Below, piece by piece: positions 12,979 through 25,243 of a stretch of DNA of 64,000 nt; the stretch's first letter is position 1; every line of letters starts with the position of its first letter. The position numbers and the translations under genes are program-made. Under the pieces are notes generated by a model. The model was not told the origin of the DNA. It worked only from the letters and a program-made list of their open reading frames with translations, and did no database searches. Source of the stretch: Bacilli bacterium (GTDB lineage: Bacteria > Bacillota_I > Bacilli_A > RFN20 > CAG-826); NCBI GenBank assembly GCA_049419605.1, contig JBMSKF010000004.1:3264-67263 (forward strand). Reading direction: 5' to 3'.

Positions 12979-14436
12979 ATGCATTGGTTAGATTACACAA
13001 TCATCGAGATTCATCAAGCACTCGTAAATAAAGAAGTCACGCCCCTTCAATTGGTGGAGGAAGCATTAAAACGAGCAAAATTAGATGGTTGGAATACCTT
13101 TGAAAAAATAACGGAAGATTTAGCTATACAACAAGCGAAATCTTTAACGATTCCAGAAGTTAACAATGTTTTCTGGGGCATTCCTTTTGTGATTAAAGAT
13201 AATTTTTCTACAAAAGGAATAGAAACGACAGCAGGTAGTGACATCCTCAATGGTTATAAGCCTCTGTATGATGCAACGGTTTATCAAAAATTAAAGCAAG
13301 CGAAAGCAATTTTAATAGGCAAAACAACCCTCGATGAATTAGCGATGGGTGGAACAGGGATGACGGGTCATAAGGGATATCAATACAATCCTTACGATCC
13401 AAGTAAAACACGACAAATCGGTGGCAGTAGCTCCGGGTCTGCGGCTGCAGTTAGCAGTGGCATGGTTCCATTTTCACTCGGAAGTGATACTGGAGATTCT
13501 GTCCGTAAACCTGCAAGTTATGCTGGATTAGTTGGATTTAAACCAACATGGGGAAGAATTTCTCGGTTTGGCTTATTTCCTTTTGCTCCTTCTTTAGATC
13601 ATGTGGCCTATTTTACTCGCTCGGTTGAAGACGCTAGTGTGTTAACTAATTTACTGAGTGGCGAAGATGCTCAAGATGCAACCAGTGCACCACAACCTCT
13701 TCCCACTTATCAATTTTCAGCATCGATTCAAGGGAAAAAAATTGCGGTGATTCAGGAAGTGATGGACTCCATCTCTAACCCAATTATCCTTGAACGTTTT
13801 CAACAATCCATTGTCGCTTTAAAAAAAGCTGGTGCTCAAGTGGATGTTGTTCATTATCCATTACCATTATTGCAAGCCATTTATCCTACTTACATGACGA
13901 TATCTTGTGCTGAAGCAACGAGCAATAATGCTAATTTAGATGGTTTAAAATTTGGGCCTGGCTATCAAGGAAAAACTTATCAAGATGTGATGATGCAAGC
14001 GAGAACACAAGGTTTTTCTGAATTGATTAAACGTCGTTTCGTGATAGGTAGTTATGTCTTAATGAAAGAAAATCAGCAAGATCTTTTCTTACGAGCGCAA
14101 CGCGTAAGACGAATGATGGTCGATGCGCTTCAAACCATTTATCAAACTTATGATGTTATTTATTTACCTGCAGCACCCACGATTGCCCCTAAATTTACGG
14201 ATTCAAGTGATAGACTTTCAAGTCAATATTTAATTGCAGATTCTCACCTCGCATTAGGCAATTTTGCTGGATTACCTTCAGTAACAATTCCTTTAGGCTT
14301 TGAGCAAAACATGCCCTTTGGTGCCAATGTAATGGGACGCGCTTTTGAAGAAGCCACCACATTAGAAATCGCCTATGTGATTGAACAATTCACAGGGTTA
14401 AAAAACCTTTCCATCAACACGAGGAAATCTTCATGA
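12979..14436 (+). CDS. gatA: Glutamyl/aspartyl-tRNA amidotransferase subunit A
   Basis: 485 aa with amidase signature GGSSSGSAAAV...GSDTGDS.R.PA. Confidence 0.95.
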   Translation: MHWLDYTIIEIHQALVNKEVTPLQLVEEALKRAKLDGWNTFEKITEDLAIQQAKSLTIPEVNNVFWGIPFVIKDNFSTKGIETTAGSDILNGYKPLYDATVYQKLKQAKAILIGKTTLDELAMGGTGMTGHKGYQYNPYDPSKTRQIGGSSSGSAAAVSSGMVPFSLGSDTGDSVRKPASYAGLVGFKPTWGRISRFGLFPFAPSLDHVAYFTRSVEDASVLTNLLSGEDAQDATSAPQPLPTYQFSASIQGKKIAVIQEVMDSISNPIILERFQQSIVALKKAGAQVDVVHYPLPLLQAIYPTYMTISCAEATSNNANLDGLKFGPGYQGKTYQDVMMQARTQGFSELIKRRFVIGSYVLMKENQQDLFLRAQRVRRMMVDALQTIYQTYDVIYLPAAPTIAPKFTDSSDRLSSQYLIADSHLALGNFAGLPSVTIPLGFEQNMPFGANVMGRAFEEATTLEIAYVIEQFTGLKNLSINTRKSS

Positions 14437-15860
14437 ACGTTGAAGCAGTCATTGGTTTAGAAATCCATGTAGAAATGCAAACGAAAACCAAAATGTTTTC
14501 CCATGCTCCTGTCACCTATAAAGCCGAACCCAATACCGCGGTTGTTCCATTAGATTTAGGTCACCCAGGCACGATGCCAGTGGTCAATCGTCAAGCGATC
14601 ATCAATGCCATACAAGTTTGTCACGCACTTCATTTAAATATTGACTCGCAATTATGGTTTGATAGAAAAAATTATTTTTATCCTGACTTACCTAAAGGGT
14701 ATCAAATTACACAAAATGCTCGACCAATTGGATCTGATGGTTGGATTGAGGTCATGGTAGAAAACAAACCTTTTAAGATTCGCATCGAACGATTGCACGT
14801 TGAAGAAGATACGGCGATGCAGCACCATTACGAAGGATTTACTTTAGTTGACTACAATCGGGCTGGGATTCCATTGATGGAAATTGTCACTAAACCAGAT
14901 ATCCGCAATGGTGCCCAAGCGGCAGCATTTGTGGATGCAATTCGCCAAATCGTTTCTTTTTTAAAAGTCTCAAGTGGCAAAATGGAAGAAGGTTCTCTCC
15001 GTTGTGATGTCAACATTTCAGTACGTCCAGTTGGCACCGAAAAGTTTGGCACAAAAGTAGAAATTAAAAATTTAAATTCCATCGCGAACGTGCAAAGGGC
15101 AATTGATGTTGAAATGATTCGTCAAGAACGTTCCTTGATTGCAGGTATTCCTGTTCAACAAGAAACAAGACGATATGATGAATTAAAAAAAGAAACGATG
15201 ATGATGAGAAAAAAGACAGATGCGGTTGATTATAAATATTTTACCGAACCTAATCTTGTTCCCATTCAACTCTCTAACGTCTTTATTGAACAAGCTATTT
15301 CCCAATCTTTACCCCTAGCATCGACGAAGCGAGCCCATTATCAATCTGTATTTGCCTTAAATGAATACGATGCCAATCAATTAACACAGGATGTGTATGT
15401 GTCTGAGTATTTTGATCAACTTACCACGTTTGGTAATCACTATAAATTATTTGCCAATTGGTTGCTAGGAGACATCGCTTCTTATTTAAATAAACAAAAT
15501 TTAAATATCATTGAATTCCCCCTAAAACCCCGTGAGATGGCGAGTTTAATTTCCATGATTGCTAAAGGTGATCTATCAAATAAACAAGCCAAAGAACTCT
15601 TTGAATTATTGGTCAAGCAACCGAGTGATCCTCGTCAACTTGCTGAAAAAATGAATATGCTACAAATTTCCGATGAACAATATATTACCCAACAAGTTGA
15701 AGAAGTGCTCAATGCCAATCCTCAATCCATTATTGACTTTCAACAAGGGAAAGACCGAGCTGTAGGTTTTTTAATTGGCCAAATCATGAAAAAAACAGGT
15801 GGAAAAGTGAATCCATCCTTGACCAATCAAATCTTGATGAAATTACTCAAAGCAAAATAA
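14433..15860 (+). CDS. gatB: Glutamyl/aspartyl-tRNA amidotransferase subunit B
   Basis: 475 aa. N-terminal IGLEIHVE, ERLHVEEDT, and a C-terminal YqeY-like tail. 4-nt overlap with gatA. Confidence 0.95.
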   Translation: MNVEAVIGLEIHVEMQTKTKMFSHAPVTYKAEPNTAVVPLDLGHPGTMPVVNRQAIINAIQVCHALHLNIDSQLWFDRKNYFYPDLPKGYQITQNARPIGSDGWIEVMVENKPFKIRIERLHVEEDTAMQHHYEGFTLVDYNRAGIPLMEIVTKPDIRNGAQAAAFVDAIRQIVSFLKVSSGKMEEGSLRCDVNISVRPVGTEKFGTKVEIKNLNSIANVQRAIDVEMIRQERSLIAGIPVQQETRRYDELKKETMMMRKKTDAVDYKYFTEPNLVPIQLSNVFIEQAISQSLPLASTKRAHYQSVFALNEYDANQLTQDVYVSEYFDQLTTFGNHYKLFANWLLGDIASYLNKQNLNIIEFPLKPREMASLISMIAKGDLSNKQAKELFELLVKQPSDPRQLAEKMNMLQISDEQYITQQVEEVLNANPQSIIDFQQGKDRAVGFLIGQIMKKTGGKVNPSLTNQILMKLLKAK

Positions 15861-15887
15861 AAAGGACAGCAGGCTGTCCTTTTTTTG
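15861..15887. terminator. Bidirectional rho-independent terminator between convergent gatB and degV-family genes
   Basis: AAAA-GGACAG-CAGG-CTGTCC-TTTTTTT: perfect 6-bp GC-rich stem flanked by an A-run and a T-run. Confidence 0.75.
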
Positions 15888-15907
15888 ATTCTTTTTAAGA
15901 ATTAATC

Positions 15908-16792
15908 TTATTCAACGTCTTTGGTTTTTCCCACAAACATGATGCCAATGGTTCCTAATCCACCATGGGCAGCAATGACTGGACCCATTTGGGCATTGAC
16001 TAGAGTTTTAATGCCCGGACGAATCTTCTTTAATTCTTCCGTTAAAAACTTAGCATCTTCTTGGCAATCATTTTGAACAATAAACACAGTGTCATCTTGT
16101 TCAACATATTTCTTAAAGGTTTCCAATAAGAAGTTTAACGCGTTCTTACGACCCCGAGCTTTAATCTTGGGAACGGGCACAATGCGACCTTCGGAATTGC
16201 ACATTAAGATAGGCTTAATACCTAAGAAAGATCCTAAAGCAAATTTAGCAGCATTGATACGACCCCCACGATATAAGTGAGACAAGTCATCAAAGGCAAC
16301 CACGGTGGTAACCTTATTACGAATTGCAGTTAAAGCTTTGACCGTTTCTTCTAAGGTCTTTTCTTCTTTTCTTAATAAGAGAGCTTTGTGAACAAGTAAA
16401 CCTTCACCAGTCGACGCGTTGAGAGTATCGAACAATTCAATTTTTTGCTTTGGATACTTTTCTTTTAATTCCGTCATCGCTAGATTCATAGAATTAAAGG
16501 TTTGGGATAAGTTGCTTGAAATACTCATGAGCAAGACGTCTTTACCTGCCTTTAATAAAGGTTCGACTACATCCATGACTTCTTGTGGGGCGGGTTGCGA
16601 CGTTTTGGGTTTCGCTTTGTTTCTCAAGAATTCATTAAACTGCGCAGACGTGATTTCTCTTTCGTCTGGAAAATTACGATAGGTCTTATCGTCAATGGTG
16701 ACGATCATGGGGACCACATTGAGTTCTAAACTTTGGACAACCTTGAGCGGTAAATCCATGCAAGAATCGGATACGACTGCAAACTTTGGCAT
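15908..16792 (-). CDS. DegV-family fatty-acid-binding protein
   Basis: 294 aa. N-terminus AVVSDSCMDLP is typical of DegV/FakB. Good SD (AAGGAGA). Confidence 0.88.
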   Translation of the reverse strand: MPKFAVVSDSCMDLPLKVVQSLELNVVPMIVTIDDKTYRNFPDEREITSAQFNEFLRNKAKPKTSQPAPQEVMDVVEPLLKAGKDVLLMSISSNLSQTFNSMNLAMTELKEKYPKQKIELFDTLNASTGEGLLVHKALLLRKEEKTLEETVKALTAIRNKVTTVVAFDDLSHLYRGGRINAAKFALGSFLGIKPILMCNSEGRIVPVPKIKARGRKNALNFLLETFKKYVEQDDTVFIVQNDCQEDAKFLTEELKKIRPGIKTLVNAQMGPVIAAHGGLGTIGIMFVGKTKDVE

Positions 16793-16931
16793 ACATTCTC
16801 CTTGTTTTGGGGATTCCCAATTGTGTAACCTTGAACAATGAAAGAAGGTTATTAATTGGATTTTATCATAAAAGGGATATATTTTTCCTTGAATAAAAAT
16901 GTCTCGTGATATGATAATTGAGGTGAAAATG

Positions 16932-19592
<2,661 letters not shown>

Positions 19593-19614
19593 AAAAATTA
19601 AACGATTAAAAGTG

Positions 19615-19643
19615 TTGACAAGTGCGATAACCAAGCGTAAAAT
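19615..19643 (+). promoter_or_regulatory. Sigma-A type promoter of the S10 ribosomal operon
   Basis: TTGACA (19615-19620), 17-nt spacer, TAAAAT (19638-19643). About 130-nt leader before rpsJ. Confidence 0.6.
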
Positions 19644-19776
19644 CATTTTCGTGTCTTGGCGTTGAAGTGCGAGGTTGCTGACACACCCACAGGCGTTGTC
19701 ATGAATGGGTGTCAGGGAATTCGCATGGAGCTTAAGAAATACACTGTGAAGATTCATCAAAAGGAGGAAAGAATTC

Positions 19777-20088
19777 ATGGCTAAATCAAAGAAGATTCGC
19801 GTTCGGCTAAAAGCTTATGAACACAAGATGTTAGATCTTAGTGTCCAAAAGTTAGTCGCTGCGGTTCGCAAAACTGGAGCAACGGTAGTTGGTCCAATCC
19901 CGTTACCAACGGAAAAGGAAGTCTATACCGTTTTACGAGCGGTTCACAAATATAAGGATGCTCGTGAACAATTCGAAATTCGCACACATAAACGTTTGAT
20001 CGATATTACTGATCACAACAAAGCCACCGTCGATACGTTACGTCAATTGGACTTACCAAATGGTGTTGACATCGACATCAAGCTTTAA
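19777..20088 (+). CDS. rpsJ: 30S ribosomal protein S10
   Basis: 103 aa, [12 protein letters not shown]. First gene of the S10 operon. SD AAGGAGG. Confidence 0.97.
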   Translation: MAKSKKIRVRLKAYEHKMLDLSVQKLVAAVRKTGATVVGPIPLPTEKEVYTVLRAVHKYKDAREQFEIRTHKRLIDITDHNKATVDTLRQLDLPNGVDIDIKL

Positions 20089-20103
20089 GAATAGGAGGCC
20101 AAC

Positions 20104-20793
20104 ATGAAAGCATTAATCGGAAGAAAAATGGGCATGACCCAAGTGTTTGCTGAAGATGGCACGACCTATCCAGTGACGGTCATTGAAGTCTTACCAAACA
20201 CCATTACCGCAATTAAATCCAAAGAAAAAGATGGATACGTTTCGGTTCAAGTTGGATATTTAGATGTTGCTGATAAGCAATTAAATAAACCAGCTCTTGG
20301 TGTCTATAAAAAAGTGAATGTATCACCAAAACAACAATTAGCTGAATTATTAATTTCAGATGTTGCCAACTTAAAAGTTGGGGACAATCTTGATGTTAGT
20401 CAATTTAAAAATGGTGATGTTGTTGATGTCATCGGCACATCTAAAGGTAAAGGTTTCTCAGGAACTGTGAAACGTTACCACCATACCATTTCGCCTAAAT
20501 CACACGGGGCCTCTTGGCCACACCGTGGTGCAGGTTCGATGGCAACCGTTGGTCGTACAAACAACCGCATCCACCCCGGAAAAACCATGGCTGGTCATCA
20601 CGGAAAAAAACAAGCAACCATTCTCAACTTATTGGTTGTTGGTGTTGATAAAGCAAAAAATGCATTACTCGTTCGTGGTGGCATTCCAGGACCTAACTTA
20701 GGTTATGTCATGATTCGCACTGCTGTTAAAACTCAATTAGGTCAACCACTCGTTGCGAAACCCTTGATAAACCGTCAAGCTGCCGCTAAGTAA
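20104..20793 (+). CDS. rplC: 50S ribosomal protein L3
   Basis: 229 aa, G.K.GMTQ.F, KGKGF.G..KR. Operon order. Confidence 0.97.
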   Translation: MKALIGRKMGMTQVFAEDGTTYPVTVIEVLPNTITAIKSKEKDGYVSVQVGYLDVADKQLNKPALGVYKKVNVSPKQQLAELLISDVANLKVGDNLDVSQFKNGDVVDVIGTSKGKGFSGTVKRYHHTISPKSHGASWPHRGAGSMATVGRTNNRIHPGKTMAGHHGKKQATILNLLVVGVDKAKNALLVRGGIPGPNLGYVMIRTAVKTQLGQPLVAKPLINRQAAAK

Positions 20794-20808
20794 AGGAGGC
20801 ACCACAAC

Positions 20809-21456
20809 ATGGCAAAGAAAAAAGAAGCAAGTTTAACCGTTGAAGTGCTTTCATTAGCTGGAAGCAAAGTTGCTGATCTCACATTAAATGGAGAAGTATT
20901 TTCCATTGCGCCTCACACCCAAACTATGTTTGACGCAGTTCAAGTTGCCCTTGCAAACGCTCGTCAAAGTAATGCAAAGTCTAAAACAAAGAGTGAAGTT
21001 GCGGGTTCAGGTATTAAGCCTTGGAAACAAAAAGGAACCGGTCGCGCTCGTGCTGGTATGAAACGTTCACCAGTGTGGGTTGGTGGTGGTGTTACCTTTG
21101 GTCCTACCGGAAAAGAAAACCATGCGATTGCACAAAATAAAAAACAATATCGCTTAGCTTTCCGTTCAGCGCTTTCTGAAAAATTCTTAGAAAAGAAATT
21201 ACTCGTCGTTGAAGATCTCGCTTTTAAAGATGCAAAAACAAAGAATGCTTTAGATGCAATGAAAGCATTAAAAATCGTAGGAAAAGTTTTACTTGTCGGT
21301 GAAACCTCCAATGAAAACGTTGCATTAGCAGTGAGAAATTTACCAAAAGTTAATTATGTCACCCGTCAACAACTTTCTGCGGTTGATATCATCAATGCTG
21401 ATTTTATTGTGATTGCAAAACCTGCAGTGACAAAGATTGAGGAGGTACTCCAATAA
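20809..21456 (+). CDS. rplD: 50S ribosomal protein L4
   Basis: 215 aa, KPW.QKGTGRAR.G. Operon order. Confidence 0.96.
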   Translation: MAKKKEASLTVEVLSLAGSKVADLTLNGEVFSIAPHTQTMFDAVQVALANARQSNAKSKTKSEVAGSGIKPWKQKGTGRARAGMKRSPVWVGGGVTFGPTGKENHAIAQNKKQYRLAFRSALSEKFLEKKLLVVEDLAFKDAKTKNALDAMKALKIVGKVLLVGETSNENVALAVRNLPKVNYVTRQQLSAVDIINADFIVIAKPAVTKIEEVLQ

Positions 21457-21926
21457 TGGCGCGCACAAAAAAAGTTGCCACGGAAGCAACTGAAGTTAAG
21501 GCAGTAGAAACTCCTGTTGCTGAAAAGAAAGCAACTAAAAAAGTTTCGACCAAAGCAGCCAAGCCTGTCAAAGCTGAAGTGGTGGATGCCGTGAAAACTG
21601 AAAAAGTTGAACAACCTAAAGTCGTCACCTCCAAAGCCGCTTTATCAAGTTTCGAAGCAATCCTTCGTCCACTCATCACTGAAAAGTCGATGAAGGGCAT
21701 TGAAAAGCAACAAAAAGTCACGGTTGAAGTGGATGGTCGTGCTAACAAAACGCAAGTTAAGTTAGCCTTTGAAGCCACTTACAAAGTCAAAGTTAAAAAG
21801 GTGAATATCGTCAATGTTCGTCCTAAATATACTCGCCGTGGTCAATATCCAGGAACCATTTCTGGTTTCAAAAAAGCCATTGTCACTCTAGCGAGTGGCC
21901 AAGGTTTGGATTTATTTAAGGAATAG
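21456..21926 (+). CDS. rplW: 50S ribosomal protein L23 with an N-terminal K/A/E/T/V-rich extension of about 60 aa
   Basis: 156 aa. The canonical L23 core starts near ILRPLITEKS at about residue 68. SD GAGGAGG precedes the ATG, which overlaps the rplD stop by 1 nt. Confidence 0.93.
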   Translation: MARTKKVATEATEVKAVETPVAEKKATKKVSTKAAKPVKAEVVDAVKTEKVEQPKVVTSKAALSSFEAILRPLITEKSMKGIEKQQKVTVEVDGRANKTQVKLAFEATYKVKVKKVNIVNVRPKYTRRGQYPGTISGFKKAIVTLASGQGLDLFKE

Positions 21927-21940
21927 GGAGGTAACATCAC

Positions 21941-22774
21941 ATGGCAATTCGTTCTTATCGTCCTTATACACCTTCACGTCGGGAAATGACAAACTCGACC
22001 TTTGAAGAAATCACTACACGCAAACCTTTAAAGAGTCTTCTTACCAAGAAGATGAACACAGGGGGCCGTAACAATCAAGGTGTCATCACCACTCGTCACA
22101 TTGGTGGTGGTAACAAACGCCGTTATCGCCTTATCGATTTCCGTCGTAATAAAGATGGGGTTGTTGGCACCATCGCTACCATTGAATACGATCCATTCCG
22201 CAATGCATACATTTCTTTAGTTAATTATGCAGATGGTGAAAAGCGTTATATTTTATCGCCAAAAGAATTACCAGTCGGAAGCAAAATTATCTCTGGTGAA
22301 CAAGTGGATATCAAAACTGGTAACGCCATGCCTTTAGCTAAAATTCCTGAAGGTACGTTTGTTCATAACGTTGAATTGACTCCAGGTCGCGGCGGTCAAA
22401 TGGCTCGCGCTGCTGGTAGCTCAGTCCAAATCTTAGGTCAAGAAGGTAAGTATGTTACCTTACGCTTAACAAGTGGTGAAGTTCGTAAAGTATTAGGAAC
22501 TTGCCGCGCTACGATTGGCGTTGTTGGTAACGAAGAATACAACTTGATTAACTTTGGTAAAGCTGGTAAATCACGCTGGTTAAATATTCGTCCAGCTGTT
22601 GCGGGTTCGCGTATGAACCCAACGGATCACCCTCATGGTGGTGGTAGTGGTAAGACGCCAATCGGTCGCGATGCACCAAGAACGCCTTGGGGCAAACGGT
22701 CTCAAGGTGTGAAGACGCGTCGATTAAAAAAAGCATCTTCCAAATTGATTATCCGTCGCATTAACGATAAATAA
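21941..22774 (+). CDS. rplB: 50S ribosomal protein L2
   Basis: 277 aa, GGG.KR.YR.IDF, NP.DHPHGGG.G. Confidence 0.98.
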   Translation: MAIRSYRPYTPSRREMTNSTFEEITTRKPLKSLLTKKMNTGGRNNQGVITTRHIGGGNKRRYRLIDFRRNKDGVVGTIATIEYDPFRNAYISLVNYADGEKRYILSPKELPVGSKIISGEQVDIKTGNAMPLAKIPEGTFVHNVELTPGRGGQMARAAGSSVQILGQEGKYVTLRLTSGEVRKVLGTCRATIGVVGNEEYNLINFGKAGKSRWLNIRPAVAGSRMNPTDHPHGGGSGKTPIGRDAPRTPWGKRSQGVKTRRLKKASSKLIIRRINDK

Positions 22775-22788
22775 AGGGAGGCAACATC

Positions 22789-23217
22789 ATGTCACGAAGC
22801 ATTAAAAAAGGTCCATTCTATGATGAATTCTTGATGAAACGAATCAAGAAATTAAATCTTGCCAAGAAAAAAGAAATCATCAAGACTTGGTCACGTCGTT
22901 CCACGATTATGCCTGAATTTATTGAACACACCTTTGCAGTTTATAACGGTAAAGAACATATCACCGTCTACGTCACGGAAGATATGGTCGGTCATAAATT
23001 AGGTGAATTTTCTCCAACTCGTAACTTTAAAGGTCACACAGGTCACACTGCAGAAGATAAAGCCGCCTCAACGGGTGGTGCCGCTCCTGCCGCAGCTCCT
23101 GCTGCTGGTGTTAAACCTGCTGCTGCTCCTGCTGCCGCTGCGAAACCCGCTGCAGCTCCAGCCGCTGCCGCGCCCGCTGCCGCTGCAAAACCTGCTGCGA
23201 AGCCAGCTGGTAAATAG
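22789..23217 (+). CDS. rpsS: 30S ribosomal protein S19 with a C-terminal Ala/Pro/Lys-rich tail of about 50 aa
   Basis: 142 aa. Canonical S19 (SRSIKKGPF...GHKLGEF.PTR.FKGH) ends at about residue 92 and is followed by [45 protein letters not shown]. Confidence 0.93.
   Translation: MSRSIKKGPFYDEFLMKRIKKLNLAKKKEIIKTWSRRSTIMPEFIEHTFAVYNGKEHITVYVTEDMVGHKLGEFSPTRNFKGHTGHTAEDKAASTGGAAPAAAPAAGVKPAAAPAAAAKPAAAPAAAAPAAAAKPAAKPAGK
23078..23211 (+). repeat. GC-rich degenerate tandem repeat (about 27-30 nt units, GCN/CCN codons) encoding the [10 protein letters not shown] tail of S19
   Basis: Runs of gctgc(t/c)gc(t/a)cc(t/a)gc separated by AAACC(T/C). Strongly GC-enriched relative to the AT-rich surroundings. 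Confidence 0.55.
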
Positions 23218-23227
23218 GAGGTAATGC

Positions 23228-23578
23228 ATGAAACAAGATTTTGCAAAAGCAATTGCCTATAACGTTAAGGTCACCCCACGTAAAGCAAAACTCGTGGTTG
23301 ATCTCGTTCGTGGTAAATCTGTCTCGGAAGCTTTAGCGTTACTTGCTAACGTGAATCGCAAAGCAAGCAGTGATGTGATTAAAATCATTAAATCTGCGGC
23401 TGCTAATGCGGTTAAAAATCACCAAATGACGGAAGCCAACTTAGTGGTTGCTGAAATTGCCGCTAACGAAGGTAAACGCGATAAGCGCTTTATGCCTAGA
23501 GCAAAAGGTTCAGCCTCTAGCATCATTAAGCGTAAGACCAACTTATTCTGCGTCGTTAAAGAAAGAGCAGGTATGTAA
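23228..23578 (+). CDS. rplV: 50S ribosomal protein L22
   Basis: 116 aa, position and length typical, PRK..LV.D.VRGK.V..A...L. Confidence 0.96.
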   Translation: MKQDFAKAIAYNVKVTPRKAKLVVDLVRGKSVSEALALLANVNRKASSDVIKIIKSAAANAVKNHQMTEANLVVAEIAANEGKRDKRFMPRAKGSASSIIKRKTNLFCVVKERAGM

Positions 23579-23583
23579 AAGAT

Positions 23584-24303
23584 ATGGGTCACAAAATTAA
23601 TCCAGTCGGTTTCCGCGTCGGCGTTGGCCGAGGATGGAATTCTAGATGGTATGCGAATAAGAAAGACTTTTCAACCTATCTTTTAGAAGATGTTGCGATT
23701 CGTCGCTATCTTGATAAAGAATTAAAGGAAGCATTAATTTCTCATATCGATATCGAAAGACAAAAGACCGACAAAGGCACGAATGTTACCGTGATCTCTC
23801 ACGTAGCACGTCCAGGTGTGGTCATTGGTCAAGATGGTGCGAATGTCAATCGTCTAACGAAGCATTTACAAAAAATCGTCAAGTCTGGTAACTTCAAACT
23901 TGATGTTGTTGAAGTGAAAGCTCCAGATTTAGATGCACGTTTAGTCGCTTTAAGTATTGCCAAAGAACTAGAACAACGCGCTTCGTTTAGAACTGCGCAA
24001 AAGAAAGCAATTCAACGGGTCAAAAAAGCAGGTGCGAAAGGTGTCAAAACCTTAGTCACTGGACGTTTAGGTGGTGCTGAAATTGCCCGTGGTGAAGGTT
24101 ATCACGAAGGGATTATTCCTTTACATACCTTACGTTCTGATATCGATTTTGCAAAAGTTGAAGCCCACACGACCTATGGTCGATTAGGTGTCAAAGTATG
24201 GATTTGCCGTGGCGATTATGACACCACTGCTCAAGCAAACGATGGTCAAGATAAAGAATTAATCGATGAACCAGAAGCAGTTAATCCTGCAGAAGGAGAA
24301 TAA
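23584..24303 (+). CDS. rpsC: 30S ribosomal protein S3
   Basis: 239 aa, MGHKINP.GFR.G, KH domain, GRLGGAEIAR.E. Confidence 0.97.
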   Translation: MGHKINPVGFRVGVGRGWNSRWYANKKDFSTYLLEDVAIRRYLDKELKEALISHIDIERQKTDKGTNVTVISHVARPGVVIGQDGANVNRLTKHLQKIVKSGNFKLDVVEVKAPDLDARLVALSIAKELEQRASFRTAQKKAIQRVKKAGAKGVKTLVTGRLGGAEIARGEGYHEGIIPLHTLRSDIDFAKVEAHTTYGRLGVKVWICRGDYDTTAQANDGQDKELIDEPEAVNPAEGE

Positions 24304-24306
24304 ACG

Positions 24307-24723
24307 ATGTTACAACCAAAACGCGTCAAATATCGTCGTCCACACTCCCTCCGATGGGAAGGTTTATCAAAAGCTGGTAATACCGTTGCTTTTGGTGATT
24401 ATGGATTACAAGCAACCGAAGGAAATTATGTTTCCGATCGTCAAATCGAAGCAGCACGTGTTGTGTTAAATAACTTCACGAAACGTACCGGTAAGGTTTG
24501 GATTCGCATATTCCCACACATGGCAAAAACGAAAAAGCCAGCTGAAGTGCGAATGGGTTCCGGTAAAGGGGCTCCTGAATTCTGGGTTGCCGTTGTGAAA
24601 AAGAATCGCGTCATGTTTGAAATCGGTGGCGTCGATCCAAAAGAAGCGCAAGAAGCTTTACGTTTAGCGGGATATAAACTCCCAGTCAAAACAAAAGTTA
24701 TTAAAAAAGAAGGAGGTAAATAA
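24307..24723 (+). CDS. rplP: 50S ribosomal protein L16
   Basis: 138 aa, MLQPKR.KYR, RMGSGKG.PE.WVA. Confidence 0.97.
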   Translation: MLQPKRVKYRRPHSLRWEGLSKAGNTVAFGDYGLQATEGNYVSDRQIEAARVVLNNFTKRTGKVWIRIFPHMAKTKKPAEVRMGSGKGAPEFWVAVVKKNRVMFEIGGVDPKEAQEALRLAGYKLPVKTKVIKKEGGK

Positions 24724-24725
24724 TT

Positions 24726-24926
24726 GTGTTATCACTTAAAGATATCCGTGATATGAAAACGGAAGAACTCAATGCAAAAATTTACTCTCTCAAAGAAGAA
24801 CTCTTTAACTTACGTCGTCAACAAGCGGTTGGCCAACTGAAGAATGGCAAAAACTTAACCAGCATTCGTAAAGACATCGCGCGTATTTATACCGTGATTC
24901 GCGAACGCGAATTAGGTCTTAAATAA
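24726..24926 (+). CDS. rpmC: 50S ribosomal protein L29
   Basis: 66 aa with a GTG start 9 nt after AAGGAGGT. L.EEL..LRRQ pattern. Confidence 0.9.
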   Translation: MLSLKDIRDMKTEELNAKIYSLKEELFNLRRQQAVGQLKNGKNLTSIRKDIARIYTVIRERELGLK

Positions 24927-24940
24927 GGAGGCAACCACTT

Positions 24941-25243
24941 ATGGAACGTGGCAATCGCCGACAATTTACAGGGACTGTGGTCACCAATAAAAACGATAAA
25001 ACCATCGCGGTTTTAATCGTCAGTAAGAAACCTCACCCCAAATATAAAAAACTCGTGACTGTTTCGAAAAAGTTTTTTGCCCATGATGAAAAGAATGAAG
25101 CAAAACTTGGCGATACAGTTACCATCGTTGAAACCCGTCCTTTATCAAGAACCAAACGTTTCCGCTTGGTTTCCATCGATAAACGTGGCTTCCAAAAAGT
25201 TGAATTGAAGGAGGATGTAACCAATGGTTCAAAAGGAAACTAA
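24941..25243 (+). CDS. rpsQ: 30S ribosomal protein S17
   Basis: 100 aa, G.VV..K.DKT..V....K.HP.YKK...Y.AHDE. The 3' end overlaps rplN by 20 nt. Confidence 0.94.
   Translation: MERGNRRQFTGTVVTNKNDKTIAVLIVSKKPHPKYKKLVTVSKKFFAHDEKNEAKLGDTVTIVETRPLSRTKRFRLVSIDKRGFQKVELKEDVTNGSKGN

Noticed and set aside
16793-16931. Expected preQ1 riboswitch upstream of queT
   Set aside because: Only a weak AAGGGA/TTCCTT hairpin followed by an A-rich tail is present. The conserved loop nucleotides of preQ1-I and the longer preQ1-II/III cores are not evident by eye. I cannot call it without a covariance model.
19701-19784. 27-codon uORF in the rpsJ leader ending over the rpsJ start codon (and minus-strand ORF 19581..19778)
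   Set aside because: It has no SD, and its ATG is sequestered in the leader hairpin. The overlap is likely coincidental. It is mentioned only as part of the leader finding.
20964-21778. Several 80-125 aa minus-strand ORFs across rplD/rplW, and similar antisense ORFs throughout the ribosomal operon (e.g. 24441..24689, 25229..25621, 26744..27010, 28208..28561, 32680..33033)
   Set aside because: They lie antisense to highly expressed conserved ribosomal genes and arise from codon bias (GCN/AAR-rich sense codons giving open antisense frames). There are no translation signals.
23003-23252. Alternative-frame ORFs (23003..23224 plus strand, 23043..23252 minus strand) over the S19 tail
   Set aside because: These are artefacts of the GC-rich GCN/CCN repeat, which is open in multiple frames. 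The S19 frame is the only one with an SD and a conserved N-terminal domain.
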